The notes under the pieces are model-generated. The model searched no databases. It had not been told where the DNA came from and saw nothing but the letters and a program-made list of their open reading frames with translations. The translations under genes were made by a program, and so were the position numbers. Below are positions 25,469 through 39,105 of a DNA stretch of 64,000 nucleotides, piece by piece (positions within the stretch are counted from its first letter, which is position 1; the number at the start of each line of letters is the position of its first letter). This DNA comes from Octopus sinensis. Its lineage: Eukaryota. The DNA is taken from NCBI RefSeq assembly GCF_006345805.1, contig NC_043008.1:14632001-14696000 (forward strand), given 5' to 3'.

Positions 25469-26574
25469 GAGGCTCAATGGCCCAGTGGTTAGGGCAGCAG
25501 ACTTGCGGTTGGAGGATCACGGTCTCGATTCTCAGACTGTATCCCTACCCCATACAACAATTCCTTCGACGACAACTACCCCACTAGGACAGTTACCCCG
25601 CCCCCTCAGTTAATTACTCCCTCTCCAATATATTAAGAAGTTTTAAGTCATCACCTGTCATCCTCAGAGGTAATTGTCCTTTGCGGAGGGTGGGGTGGGG
25701 GGTAAATGTCCTATACTTGTCTCAACAGCTAACAATTAATGCAGGTTGTTTATTCCATGCTTCGGCAAAAAAAAATGTTTCTGAAAGTCATGGGTGGTGT
25801 TGTTTTTTTGATTTTGTAAGCAGACGCAGGAGTGGCTGTGTGGTTAGTAGCTTGTTTACCAGCCACATGGTTCTGGGTTCAGTCCCACTGCGTGTCACCT
25901 TGGGCAAGTGTCTTCTACTATAGCCTCGGGCCGACCAATGCCTTGTGAGTGGATTTGGTAGACGAAAACTGAAAGAAGTCCGTCGTATATATGTGTATAT
26001 ATATATATATATATGTGTGTGTGTGGTGTGTGTGTGTGTGTATGTGGAGGCTCAATGGCCCAGTGGTTAGGGCAGCAGACTCGCGGTCGGAGGATCGCGG
26101 TCTCGATTCTCAGACTGTATCCCTACCCCATAGGACAATTCCTTCGACGACAACTACCCCACTAGGACAGTTACCCCGCCCCCTCAGTTAATTACTCCCT
26201 CTCCAATATATTAAGAAGTTTTAAGTCATCACCTGTCATCCTCAGAGGTAATTGTCCTTTGCGGAGGGTGGGGTGGGGGGTAAATGTCCTATACTTGTCT
26301 CAACAGCTAACAATTAATGCAGGTTGTTTATTCCATGCTTCGGCAAAAAAAAATGTTTCTGAAAGTCATGGGTGGTGTTGTTTTTTTTGATTTTGTAAGC
26401 AGACGCAGGAGTGGCTGTGTGGTTAGTAGCTTGTTTACCAGCCACATGGTTCTGGGTTCAGTCCCACTGCGTGTCACCTTGGGCAAGTGTCTTCTACTAT
26501 AGCCTCGGGCCGACCAATGCCTTGTGAGTGGATTTGGTAGACGAAAACTGAAAGAAGTCCGTCGTATATATGTG

Positions 26575-26600
<26 letters not shown>
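25430..26600. repeat. Tandem duplication, period ~578 bp (SINE-E head + transposon-like relic + SINE-B 5' half)
   Basis: tatgtggaggctcaatggcccagtgg at 25463 and 26041; both breakpoints lie in (TA)n(GT)n tracts. Confidence 0.92.
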
Positions 26601-26608
<8 letters not shown>

Positions 26609-26839
26609 AGTTTGTATGTCTGTGTTTGTCCCCCTAGCATTGCTTGACAACCGATGCTGGTGTGTTTACGTCCCTGTCACTTAGCGGTTCGGCAAAAGAG
26701 ACCGATAGAATAAGTACTGGACTTACAAAGAATAAGTCCTGGGGTTGAGTTGCTCGATTAAAGGCGGTGCTCCAGCATGGCCACAGTCAAATGACTGAAA
26801 CAAGTAAAAGAGTAAAAGAGTATGTCCACAAGTGTTTGT

Positions 26840-27050
26840 TAGGACGTATGGAATTGATAAAGGTGCCCGAGGTTGTTGTTGGAAAGACAGCAGATAATCT
26901 TGCGGGCGTTTGCTAAGTCAGTTGCCAGACGTTGGAGCTTTAATGTGTCCATGCCCAAAGAAACAAGATGTTCAGAGTATGGTAGATGCCTGATAGCAGG
27001 TATTCGCCTGGTTGCATATTTCTGAATGGTTTCCAGGAAATTAATATGCC
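26840..27050 (-). mobile_element. CR1-type LINE ORF2 C-terminal fragment
   Basis: Minus strand reads INFLETIQKYATRRIPAIRHLPYSEHLVSLGMDTLKLQRLATDLANARKII (LExVQRRATK...LxYxERL..L.L.xL..RR...DL). Confidence 0.8.
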
Positions 27051-27211
27051 AATTAAGATCTTAACCTCATTAATATAATTTCCATCTCCTAATCTTACAA
27101 TCAAGCCCAACCATCAGAGATCAAATGTGTATTTGGTAAAATCCACCATCTTATCATGTGTAGTTCCTTTATTCTTTCCTTTGTTCTCCTTCCTACGTTA
27201 TTGCTGTCACT

Positions 27212-27298
27212 TCAAGTTTTGATAATTATATTTTCTGTTTTTTTAGCATTTTTCTTGCACATTTTTGCTTCCATATATTTTATACGTGCTCTCAACAA
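27212..27298 (-). CDS. Candidate terminal coding exon of an unidentified gene (LLRARIKYMEAKMCKKNAKKTENIIIKT*)
   Basis: Acceptor gtctttcatcttgttggcag followed by 28 open codons and TGA in unique sequence; no homology recognised and no upstream exon found. Confidence 0.25.
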   Translation of the reverse strand: MLRARIKYMEAKMCKKNAKKTENIIIKT

Positions 27299-28254
27299 CT
27301 GCCAACAAGATGAAAGACATTACGAAATTATTCAACAATCTGATGTATCGTTTAGTGCTAAAGTGAAGATTTATATCATAAACTGAAATAAAGTAAACAA
27401 AACAAACAGTATGCATTAATATTCATGAATATCACTGCGAGATTTGTAGGAAAACATTCCATCAATCTGTGTTGTATGAAAACATCCAAAACGAATGTTT
27501 CACCCAGGAAGTGGAAACCATTCGTAAGAACTTAAATCTGAGGATCAAATTTACATTGTTGGGACATTTTATAAGCTGTAATCGTTTCATTTATGTTATA
27601 TTTAGGACTGCGAGGGCGCATGGCTCAGTGGTTAGAGTGTCCAGCTTAAGATCATGAGGTTGTGAACTCGAATCCCAGACCGGGCTGCGTGTTATGTTCT
27701 TGAACAAGACACTTTATTCCACGTTGTTCCAGTTCACTCAGCTGTAGAAACGAATCGCAACATCACTGGTGCCTAGCTGTATTGGTCCCTTTGGCTTTCC
27801 CTTGGATAACATCAGTGGTATGGAAGAGGGAAGGCCGGTATACATGGGCAACTGCTGGTCTTCCATAAACAACCTTGCCCAGACTTGTGCCTGGGAGGGT
27901 AACTTTCTAGGTGCAATCCCATCATAGTCAGTGTCATGACCAAAGAGGCTCTCAGAATATTTAGGACTGATACATCCAATATATTTATCCACTTTTAGAA
28001 CTTTACCATTTGACACACAGCATCTGATTTTATTTTAAAAGTATAGGTGCAGAAATGGATGTGTGGTTAAGAAGCTTACTTCCAACTATGTGGGTATTAG
28101 TTCAGTTCCACTGCATGGTACCTTTACCAAGTGTTTTTTTCTTTTTTTCTACTACAGCCTTGGGTCAACTAATGTGTTGTGAGTGAATTTTGTAGATGAA
28201 AACTGTGAAAACTCAATGTATGTGTGTATGTAATAAATCTTTTGTGTAGAAATA

Positions 28255-28819
28255 TTGGGTTGTCCAGAAAGTTTGTGCCGATTTATAGTAACTTACCTTT
28301 CGACTTATTTTAGAACATGGTTGAGTCCATAAAATAGGATTTGACTACACCTCCATTTAGAGCACAGTTTAAGCTATCTTTTCATGGAAGAAGGTTTATG
28401 TTCCTATAACCTGTGTTAATTCTGTAACCCTTTAAAATGGAAGATAAGAAAATTCATTTACAGCACTTGATGCTTTGGGAACCAGACAAAAATTGCTGTA
28501 GCTTGGCTGGGATGTGTTGCCCCACCCTCCATATTCACCAGATATTGCTCCTTCAGATTTCCACTTATTCAGGTCTTTGCAGAATAGTCTTAATGGTAAA
28601 AATTTCAGTTCCTTGGATGACGTAAAAAGATACCTTGATGAATTCTTTGCCATGAAACCACCTCAATTCTGGGAAGAGGGTATTTTCAAGTTAAAGGAAA
28701 GATGGAGATGCACTGTGCAACAAAATGGTTCATATTGGTAGATTAAAAATGTAATGGCAAGTATTTATTGACCTTTTACTTTCCTTTAAAAATTGGCACA
28801 AACTTTCCGGACAACCCAA
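28255..28819 (+). mobile_element. Internally deleted mariner (DD34D type), both TIRs intact
   Basis: TA|ttgggttgtccagaaagtttgtgccgattt ... aaattggcacaaactttccggacaacccaa|TA; N-terminus MEDKKIHLQHLML joined directly to LPHPPYSPDIAPSDFHLFRSLQ...GIFKLKERW...NGSY. Confidence 0.95.
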
Positions 28820-30142
28820 TAGATGTATGATTTACTACTGTTAATTTTGGAGCTCCATGTAGATTACCATTGTCCAGTCTGTTCCCAGTATAGTGGTTAA
28901 GCAACTACTATACTTGGTAGTATTACTAGTTATGAAATAAAGAGCAAATATAGGAGAATTCATGATAAACACAAATTTATATTATTATTATTATTATTAT
29001 TGTATAATTGTTCAACATTTGGTAGTTTCAGGCATATTTGTACTGCATCTCCTGCTACACCTCCGTGTTGCTCAGGTATGTGCAGCATTGTGTTCTTTTC
29101 TGTTGTTGGGAGTGTGCAAACTCCTCCTGGTATTGAATTGTGTCAGTTTTTTTTTCTCTTGAGGTATAGTGCTGTCTGATCTTGTATTACTGATTGTATT
29201 GTGTGTTGAGTGTGTAATGCATTGGTTGTATGATGTGCTGGTGGAATTTTATTTCACTGGATAATTGCTGTATAGAGTGTCTTGTGTTTGTGGGTTGTTT
29301 TGTTCAATTTCTATTATCATATATTGTCCACTCCTTGTTATCTGTACTGGCCGCATAAATGCTTTAAGCCTATTAGCTTCCTGCACTTGGAATCTTGAAT
29401 TGTACCTACCGCCGGGTGAGATGCTTAGCTGTATTCCATCTGCCATTACATTCTGAGTTCAAATTCTGCCAAGGTCGATTTTGCCTTTAATCCTTACGGG
29501 GTCAATTAAATAAGTACCAGTTATGTAGTGGGGTCAATGTAATCGACTTAATCCCGTTGTCTGTCCTTGTTTGTCCCTTCTTTGTTTAGGCCCCTGTAGG
29601 CAATAAAGAAATATATATATATATATAGGCATAGGAGTGGCTGTGTGGTAAGTAGCTTGCTTATGGACCACATGGTTCCAAGTTCAGTGCCACTGCGTGG
29701 CACCTTAGGCAAGTGTCTTCTGCTATAGCCTTGGGCTGACCAAAGACTTGTGGATGGATTTGGCTGACGGAAACGGAAAGAAGCCCGTTGTATATGTGTG
29801 TGTGTGTGTGTGTTGTGTGTGTATGTTTGTGTCTGTATTTGCCCCCCCCCCCCTCCAACATCGCTTGACAACCGATGCTAGTGTGCTTACATCCCCGTAA
29901 CCTGGTGGTTCGGCAAAAGAGATTGATAAAATAAGTACTAGGCTTCCAAAGAATAAGTCGTGGGATCGATTTGCTTGACTAAAGTCATGATGGGTATACT
30001 GGGCTTCGTATATTTTACCCCAGTGTCACTTTGATGGCATGCACTGCTCTCTCTCACTCACTCAATAATAATAATAATAACAACAACAACAACATCGAAA
30101 AATACCTTAGGAATGAGAACCCAGGTTCGAAATTTCCCACAA

Positions 30143-30188
30143 GACACCTGATGAAGGCCGGAGGGTATATCAGCCGAAACGTTGTGTT
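30143..30188 (+). ncRNA. Minimal type-I hammerhead ribozyme motif in a Penelope-like terminal-repeat module (module ~30090-30238)
   Basis: gacac-CTGATGA-aggc...gcc-GAAAC-GTT-gtgtt: stem I gacac/gtgtt, core CUGAUGA, stem II ggc/gcc, GAAA, self-complementary ACGT in place of stem III, NUH triplet GTT at 30181-30183. Confidence 0.7.
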
Positions 30189-31272
30189 AACAACAAACAA
30201 GAAGAGGACAAATATCTGTCGAATGTAAATAATGTAACAGGTGTTATAGTAGAAGATATTTGCCCAAGGTACCCGAGGTGCCTTGCAGTACGACTGAACT
30301 CAAAACCGTGTAACAGGGCAGTGACCTTCTTAACTAACACATCCGTCCTTGTGCTTCAATAATAATATTATTTAGATTTTTTTTTCCTTCACAACAGTTG
30401 TTTTTTCGTAAGTGGCTCCTTTGGAAAAATAAATTCCCTCAATCACTCTGTTATCTCTGTTATCTCCACGTTTTCTTTATTATACTCTTTACTCTTCTAC
30501 TTGTTTCAGTCAGTTGACTGCGGCCGTGCTGGAGCACCGCCTTTAGTCGAGCAAATCGACCCCGGGACTTATTCTTTCTAAGCCCAGTACTTATTCTATC
30601 GGTCTCTTTTGCCGAACCGCTAAGTGATGGGGACGTAAACACACCAGCATCGGTTGTCAAGCAATGCTAGAGGCACAAACACAAACACACAAACACACAC
30701 ATACATATATACGACAGGCTTCTTTCAGTTTCCGTCTAGCAAATCCACTCACAAGGCATTGGTCAGCCCGGGGCTATAGCAGAAGACACTTGCCCAAGAT
30801 GCCACACAGTGGGACTGAACCCGGAACCATGTGGTTGGTTAGCAAGCTACTTACCACACAGCCACTCCTGTGCCTATTATATTTATTTTATTTCATTCAT
30901 CTTTTTTGTATTTAACGTTTGATCTCCATTATGTCAAAATATTTCAATATACATAAACACGCTACTTCAAATGTCAATTATGTATCCCATTCTATTTTAC
31001 TATTTGCCTCCTTCTATGTTCCTCCGTCTCTCTCTCTCTCTCTCTTCTATTCTTTTACCGTTTTTATTCGTTTTCTAATTCTGATACTCGGATCCATCCA
31101 TACTTTTACCTTTTCATTGCTAATAATAATTATTCATCTCAGAGATACGGAAGTTTTAACAAGGGAAAGACAGACAGACAGAGTCTGTTCTAAGCAATCA
31201 TTGTAATCACTATTTTAACTCCGATAGAATCAATGCACTTAGAAACTGCTACAGACAAAAACAGCAGAATGG

Positions 31273-31980
31273 CTTTCGTTCTACCACCTCACCCCTCCTT
31301 CCTCTCTCTTTTCCTTTCTCTCCCCCTCTCCCTCCCTCCCTCCCTCCGTTCTCTCCCTTGTCTTTTCAGTTCTCTCTCACTTTCTCTTTCGTTTTCTGTT
31401 CCCCCCTCTCTCTCTCGCTATGTCCCTCACTTCCTTTCTTTCTCCCGAAATTTTCCACTTTCTCTCTTACTCTCTTTCTCACCTGCTCTTCTTCCTCTCC
31501 TCTGCCAGTCTTTTCCTTTATTCTTCCATGCCTTTCTTTTACCCCTTTCACTCCCTCTTTCTCTTTTATACTCTCCCCTTCCCCTCTCTCTCTTCCTTAG
31601 TCTCTTCTCTCTTTTTTTTTCCTCTCCCTTCCTCCCTTTCTATTTTCTCTGTCTTTCCTTCCCACTCACTCATTCCTTAATTCTGATTTTTTAGACACAT
31701 TCTCTCTCTGTTTTCTCTCTGATTCCCCACCTTCTCTTTGTCTCTGTCGCCCATTCTCTCTGTCTGTCTCTCTCTCTCTCTCTCTTATTCCCAGTTTCTT
31801 TCTCTGTCTCTGTCTCTCTCTGTCTCTGTCTCTCTCTCTGTCTCTCTCTCTTGTGTCTGCCTATATTTTTCTCGCTCTTCTCCTCTCCCTCTCTCGCTGA
31901 CCTCAGAATTTTACCATTATTCTATCACATCCTCTTTTTCTTCCTACTTCTTCTTCAATTTTTCTCCCCCTCCCCCCGCC
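31273..31980. repeat. CT-rich low-complexity tract
   Basis: Direct reading; a similar tract lies at 23610-23935. Confidence 0.9.
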
Positions 31981-32462
31981 GGTCCCTTGTTTCTGTTGCA
32001 CTAATTTGTGACAGCCCCTATGACTGTGTGCTGCTAATGTTGTTTAGCACCTGATCCCTAAAAGCCCTGGTTGAACCAACCCCTTGATCAAAAGCAAACC
32101 AGTAGTTAAAGCAGTTGGGTTTGAAATTGTGTATCCAAGACTACATCAGCTAATGAGCTTTTCCTTTTTTAAGAACGTAGAGAGTAATTGAAGGAGATTT
32201 GCTCACTATTTCTAGCAGATCAAGCAAGCCCATAGTGGTTGAATTTTTTTATTTAGGACAACACAATTCCCATTTATGTTGCAAGGGTATGTGCTTATAT
32301 ATTTAGACGTGGGAGTGGCTGTGTGGTAAGTAGCTTGCTTACCAACCACATAGTTCTGGGCTCAGTCCCACTGCGTGGCCCCTTGGGCAAGTGTCTTCTA
32401 CTATAGCCTCGGGCTGACCAAAGCCTTGTGAGTGGATTTGGTAGACAGAAACTAAAAGAAGC

Positions 32463-32511
<49 letters not shown>

Positions 32512-32809
32512 ATATATATGTTTGTGTGTCTGTGTTTGTCCCCCCAACATCGCTTGACAACCGATGGTGGTGTGTTTACGTCCTCATAACTTAGCAGTTC
32601 GGCAAAAGAGACCGATAGAATAAGTACTAGGCTTCCAAAGAATAAGTCCTGGGGTCGATTTGCTTGACAAAAGGCAGTGCTCCAGCATGGCCACAGTCAA
32701 ATGACTGAAACAAATAAAAGATAAAGAGTAATTGAGGGAGATTTACACAGTATTTCTAGCAGGTCAAGCAAACCCATAGTGGTTGAATTTTTTATTTAGG
32801 ACAATTCCC

Positions 32810-32845
<36 letters not shown>

Positions 32846-33231
32846 ACATAGATAGATAAATAGATAGATACATACATACATACATACATACATACATACA
32901 AGAGAAAACACAGCTTAAATTCTGCATTATTTTGAAGATGTTTTTGCATGTAAATAATTTATTTTTTATTAAATATAATGATATAAATTATTTACATGTT
33001 TTTAAGTTATGAAACAATTCGTCATGAAATTTGAATTTCTTATTGTTAAATAAAATTCATCAAACTATTTCTCTCATATTTGTGACTTTATACACTCCTT
33101 ATCATTTTCTCTTGTATCGTTCTGTATATTCTGTGTTTTGTAAATGATATATTAAGGAGCTTCTTGTATGAGTACTACGGGATTACTTGAATCCATATAA
33201 CGTGACTTAAATTCATACATACACATATATA

Positions 33232-34075
33232 TCATCATCATCATCATCATCATTTAACGTCCGCTTTCCATGCTAGCATGGGTTGGACAACTTTGACTGA
33301 GGGCTGGCAAACTAGATGGCTGCACCAGGCTCCAATCATGATCTGGCAGAGTTTCTACAGCTGGATGCTCTTCCTAATGCCAACCACTCCGAGAGTGTAG
33401 TGGGTGCTTTTTATGTGCCACCGGCACGGGGGCCAGTCAAGCAGTACTGGCAACGACCTCGCTCGAATCTTTTTACATATGCCACCGGCACAGGTGCCAG
33501 TAAGGTGACGTTGGTAACGATCACGCTCGAATGGTGCCTTTTACGTGCCACTGGCAAGGAAGCCAGTTAGCCGCTCTGGCAACGATCATGCTCGGATGGT
33601 GCTCTTAGCACCCTACTAGCACAGGCACAAGTGCCAGTAAGGCGACACTGGTAACGATCACACTCGAATGGTGCCCTTTATATGCCACTGGCATGGAAGC
33701 CGGTTAGCCGCTCTGTCAACGATCACGCTTGTATGGTGCTCTTAGCACTGTACTGGCACGGATGCCAGTCATCAAATTTGATTTTGATTTTGATTTCACT
33801 TGCTTCAATGGGTCTTTGCAAGCAGAGTTTAGTGTCCAAAGAAGAAAAAGGTACGCATAAGTGGGCTGGTTACACTCCTGACATAGGCCAAGAGGTTATG
33901 GTCTCATTTGGCTTGCTGGGTTTTCTCAAGCACAGCATATTTCCAAAAGTCTCAGTCACTAGTCATTTCCTTGGTTAGGCCTAAAGTTCGAAGGCCATGC
34001 TTCACCACTTCATCCCAGGTCTTCCTGGGTTTACCTCTTGTACAGGTTCCCTCAACCGCTAGGGTGTGGCACTAT
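33232..34075 (-). mobile_element. RTE LINE 3' end (ORF terminus, internally repetitive 3' UTR, (GAT)n tail)
   Basis: Reverse complement of 54480-54720 and 59860-60502. Shorter 3' ends of this family at about 18335-18590, 35781-36165, 42952-43135, 44060-44475, 45635-46095, 50875-51370, 52055-52370, 55938-56050, 57146-57420. Confidence 0.9.
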
Positions 34076-34986
34076 GTATGTAAAATAGAAAACAGCAGAA
34101 AAGTGATTGCTCATGATTTTGTATTCTCTCCTACCAGCTGGTGTGCTGGCATTAAGAGTGTTCATCTGAAAGGACTTCTCAAACTGTCGACAGTTTTGCT
34201 GTCCCCTGAAAGGACCCTCTTCGAACCCAGCAAGTACAGAACCTTACCATGTTCCACAAGGCATCAGAGTGAATGGTCTAACATTGCGCCGATCCAACTC
34301 TCTGAGCTGCTGTTTTATGCTTCAACTTTGAAACAATGAAAAGCAGAGTCGATTGATGTAGGATTTGAACTTGCAGTGCAGTGATATGGAACAAATACTG
34401 CAAAGCATTTTTTTCCAACCTCTTAATGATTCTGTCAATTTGACATCACGTGTGTGTGTGTGTCTGTGTGTGGGTGTGTGCAATTTCAGTTGAAATTCTG
34501 CAATTTATTACTCAAAGCTTCAAAGAATAGCACCAAGTTATCTATTTCAGACATTAATTCAAAAATTGCCCATTTTTACTTCCAATTATTTGATTCCTTT
34601 CAATATTCAGGACTCGAGTTAATTAGGAACGACAAAAATCTGACGCCGAACCTAAAATCTGTCAGCACAACCTGTTTAATATCTCTTTCAATTGAAACAT
34701 CATGAGATCAAAAAGCAACAGTTAACAAAACATGTATGTGTGCATGTATACATAAACACGTGTGTGTATATGTGAAGACACACATACATGCATATATATA
34801 TATATATATATACACATACATATATATATATACTGCACTGCATATTTCAACTCTGGAGTGTTGTCAGCAGCTGTGCAACTATAAATATATATGTATATCA
34901 TCATCATCAACATTTAATGTCCATTGTCCATGCTGGATATACATATATATATATATTTATATATACATACATACAACATACATACA

Positions 34987-35022
<36 letters not shown>

Positions 35023-35040
35023 TATACACACATATATATC

Positions 35041-35084
<44 letters not shown>

Positions 35085-35565
35085 TATATATATGTACACA
35101 CATGCACACACACAACACACACACACACACACACACATATATACATACATCATATGTGTGTGTGTATAATGCCTATGTATACTGCCACGCATACAAAGCA
35201 GATCAAATTTATCAATTTCAAATGTATTGAATAACCTTCTTTGAAAGATTAACACAAGATCATAAATTCTGGAGAATGCCATGGCTCAGTGTAATAAAAG
35301 ACTTTGGATTCACAAGCTGAGATAAGTCGACTACAGACAGGGAAGGAACTGAAATACAAATCCCACTTGTCTGCAGTTTATTCTGTTTGCTCTGCAGTTT
35401 ATGGGTTCTGTGGTTTTGTTTATAAATTTGAAGCTAGTTTCATTGTTACCAGAGACACAAACACTCAGTACTTGACAAGGCTGTAGGATGGTCAAGTTTC
35501 AGAAATTGAGCATAATTGAGTGCGTGTGCACACAAACACATGCACACACACACACACACACACAC

Positions 35566-35763
35566 AAGGCGGGTGCTGAAATGTTCCTGGCATAGGGTGA
35601 AAGAAAATACAGGAGGATGAGTTAATTATGGTTTTATTCAACATAGTCCCCTCTCAGATTCACACATTCATAGCAGTGGTCCTGTAAAAGAATTTGGAAG
35701 TTTAGGCCTCCAACCAGGCTTTTCACAATACACTTAAAGTCCAGAATCTTTCCAGCGCCCCTT
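35566..35763. mobile_element. Mariner-type MITE, degenerate
   Basis: Imperfect TIRs aaggcgggtgctgaaatgttcctggc / gtccagaatctttccagcgcccctt. Confidence 0.55.
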
Positions 35764-37664
35764 TGTGTGTGTGTGTGTGTATCATCATCATCATCATCAT
35801 TGTTGTCATTTAATGTCCGCTTTCCATGCTGCTGGCATGGGTTGGACGGTTTGTCTGAGGACTAATGAGCCAGAAGGCTGCACTAGGCTCAATCTGATCT
35901 GGCAAAGTTTCTACAGCTGGATGCCCTTCCTCCGAGAGTGTAGTGAGTGCTTTTACATGCCACCGGCATGAGGGCCAGTAGGTGGTTCTGGCAACGACCA
36001 TATTCAAAAGGTGTTTTTTACGTGCTACCTGCACAGGAGCCAGTCTGGTAGCCCTGGCACTGACCACACTCGAATGTTGTTTTTCATGTACCACCAGCAC
36101 ATGTGCCAGTAAGGCAGTGCTGGCAATAATCACGCTTGAATGGTGCTTTTTACGTGACACCAGCATCCCTCTTATATGTATGTAATATAATTTTTCTGAA
36201 TCTTCAGATTTTTCTATATGTTAGACCACTGCTTTTAAATTGATATTAATCAAATTGATATTCAATTTTTCACCCTTATTAAATTTTATATATACATATA
36301 TGTATGTATGTATGTATGTATGTATATAAAGGAAGGAGAATGTCTTAATGGTTAGGGTGTTGCGCTCATGATTGCAAGAACTTTGTTTCAATTCCCAGGC
36401 CAGGTAGTGCACTGTGCTCTTTAGCAAAACGCCTTGTTTAACATTGCCTTTGCAATCACTTGGACATCTAACGGGTGTCACACTACACACCTATGCAGAC
36501 AATTTTGATTTGACAGCAGGAATGAGCTAATACACATGTCAAAGATTTGATCACTGTAAAAAGAAATCAGTCGTGCAGATTCCTCAGCAGGAAGTTGCTG
36601 GACTCTCCTTTGTTGTTTATGACAGAAATTCCATGTGATGGTTGCAAATGAGCAATGTTATTTGTTTCCAATCTTCCATGAAAAGCCAGTCATCTGGCTA
36701 TGGGGAAACATTTCCTTGTTTGGTAACAGGTGAGGGCTGGCGACAAGACAAGAAAATCTGCCTCGCCATTTGACCCAAGCGAACAGAGAAAAGTGGACGT
36801 TAAATGACTATAATGATGAGAACGACGGTGACGACTATGATGACGGTAATGACGGTGACAATTGACAAGTGAAATATCATTGACATTTTTATTTACTTTG
36901 CTTCTTCTGTCTCTGCTTTCATTTGCTTTATGAATGGTTATGCAATAAACAGACTCAGAGATTTCATTTATCTATTCAGTTATTACCTCCACCTAGGTGA
37001 AGGCAGAGGTATTGTTTTCAGTTGCATTTGTTTGTTAGATAAACATTAAAATATAGAATGGTAGCATTGTAGGTGCAGGAGCGGCAGTGTGGTAAGTAGC
37101 TTGCTAACCAACCACATGGTTCCGGTTCAGTCCCACTGCGTGGCATCTTGGGCAAGTGTCTTCTGCTATAGCTGCGGGCCAACCAAAGCTGTGTGAGTGG
37201 ATTTGGTAGACGGAAACTGAAAGAAGCCTGTTGTATATATGTATATATGTATATATATATATATGTGTGTGTGTGTATGTGTTTGTGTGTCTGTGTTTGT
37301 CCCCCTAGCATTGCTTGACAACCGATGCTGGTGTGTTTACGTCCCCGTCACTTAGCGGTTCGGCAAAAGAGACCGATAGAATAAGTACTGGGCTTACAAA
37401 GAATAAGTCCCGGGGTCGATTTGCTCGACTAAAGGCGGTGCTCCAGCATGGCCGCAGTCAAATGACTGAAACAAGCAAAAGAGTAAAGAGTAAAGAGTAT
37501 TGTTATAAATAAGTATATTTGTATTTATGTGTGTTTAATTATTTGAAAACGATTGCTAACGAATATATTCTTGTATTAAATAAATAATTATATATTCTTA
37601 TCCTAAGTTAATTTGTGTGTGTGTGTGTGTGTTATGCATGTTAGTAAAAAGCTTATCAAATCAC

Positions 37665-38035
37665 TTTATTGCCTCTGCTTTCGCTATTGCAGAGGTATTG
37701 TTGTCAGTGGGGTTAGTTTGTTTGTCCGTGGACAAGATATCTCAAGAACCGCTGGATGGATTTCAATGAAACTTTCAGGGATGCTTGACCTCTTGACTGG
37801 CATGAGCTGATTAAATTTTGGGATTGATCAGATACCGGATAAAGATTCAGGATTATTTTTCCATGTTTTTTTACTTCACTTTTAAGAGCAGTCGTATTCA
37901 TTTTTAGTATTTTCATTTTGAGAGCTGTCGCATTTATTTCAGATATTCATATTTCAAAAATCATCTCTGGCTAATCGTTGAGAGAATGTTAATGTTGCCT
38001 TGGCGGAGGTCTGCGCTCTCTGAGTGATCTTCTTT
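37665..38035 (+). mobile_element. Helentron-associated (DINE-1/HINE-like) non-autonomous element
   Basis: T-rich ends, subterminal inverted repeat gcctctgc ... gcggaggt, 5' stem gcctctgc/gcagaggt, (gttt)n tract, ggatggatttcaatgaaactt core, 3' hairpin cgctctctgagtg. Orphan 5' ends at 36980-37037 and possibly 2164-2230. Confidence 0.65.
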
Positions 38036-38333
38036 ATAATTTATTGCTGTGGAACTTTTTGCTTGTTTTTGTTTTGTTTTTTTAATGTTTATTTGATGTT
38101 TAGAATATTTACCTATGATGGGCTTTATTTTAGAACAAGTATTCTGTTGGGACATTGATTAGAAAAGCTGCAAAAGTGTTAACAATTCAAAGAGGAATTC
38201 TATGGCAACTCAAAACATTCTCAGCTTAAGGGCTGCAATTAACTTCCTTCTGGATAAAATGAATATTGATTTCCATTTTTTATCTTCCTCACTCTACCCT
38301 CACCTAAATACACACAGACACACACACACACAT

Positions 38334-38335
<2 letters not shown>

Positions 38336-38388
<53 letters not shown>

Positions 38389-38495
38389 ATTTATATCTAT
38401 CACTCTTTTATGTGTTATATAGCTTTCTATTTCTATCTATCTACCTGTCTGTCTGTCTATCTACCTGTCTATCTATCTATCTATCTATCTACTAT

Positions 38496-38535
<40 letters not shown>

Positions 38536-38568
38536 CTCTACTCTCTCTCCTCTCTCTCTCTCTCTCGC

Positions 38569-38599
<31 letters not shown>

Positions 38600-38648
38600 G
38601 ATATAATATATCTGTCTATCTAAATCTCTCTTTCTATCTATTTGTCTA

Positions 38649-38681
<33 letters not shown>

Positions 38682-38720
38682 GTCTATCTATCTATCTATC
38701 TAACTATCTATCTATCTATA

Positions 38721-38779
<59 letters not shown>

Positions 38780-38844
38780 ATATATATATCTGTCTATCTA
38801 AATCTCTCTTTCTACCTATTTGTCTATGTCTGTCTATCTATCTA

Positions 38845-38902
<58 letters not shown>

Positions 38903-39015
38903 CATCTATCTACATCTCTCTTATCTATTCATCGATATGTGTCTATCTATCTATCTATATATCTATCTATCCATCCATCTATCTATCTACATCTCTCTAT
39001 CTATCTATATACCTT

Positions 39016-39084
<69 letters not shown>

Positions 39085-39105
39085 ATCTGTTTGTCTGTCT
39101 GTCCT
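38336..39105. repeat. (CT)n/(TCTA)n compound microsatellite
   Basis: Direct reading. Confidence 0.95.

Noticed and set aside
28514-28741. SETMAR-like host gene
   Set aside because: Lies between mariner TIRs with TA duplication and lacks most of the transposase and any SET domain.
30664-30915. Recurrent ORF IRQASFSFRLPNPLTR...GTEPGTMWLVSKLLTT suggesting a multicopy small-protein family
   Set aside because: Antisense translation of SINE family B; it recurs because the SINE does.
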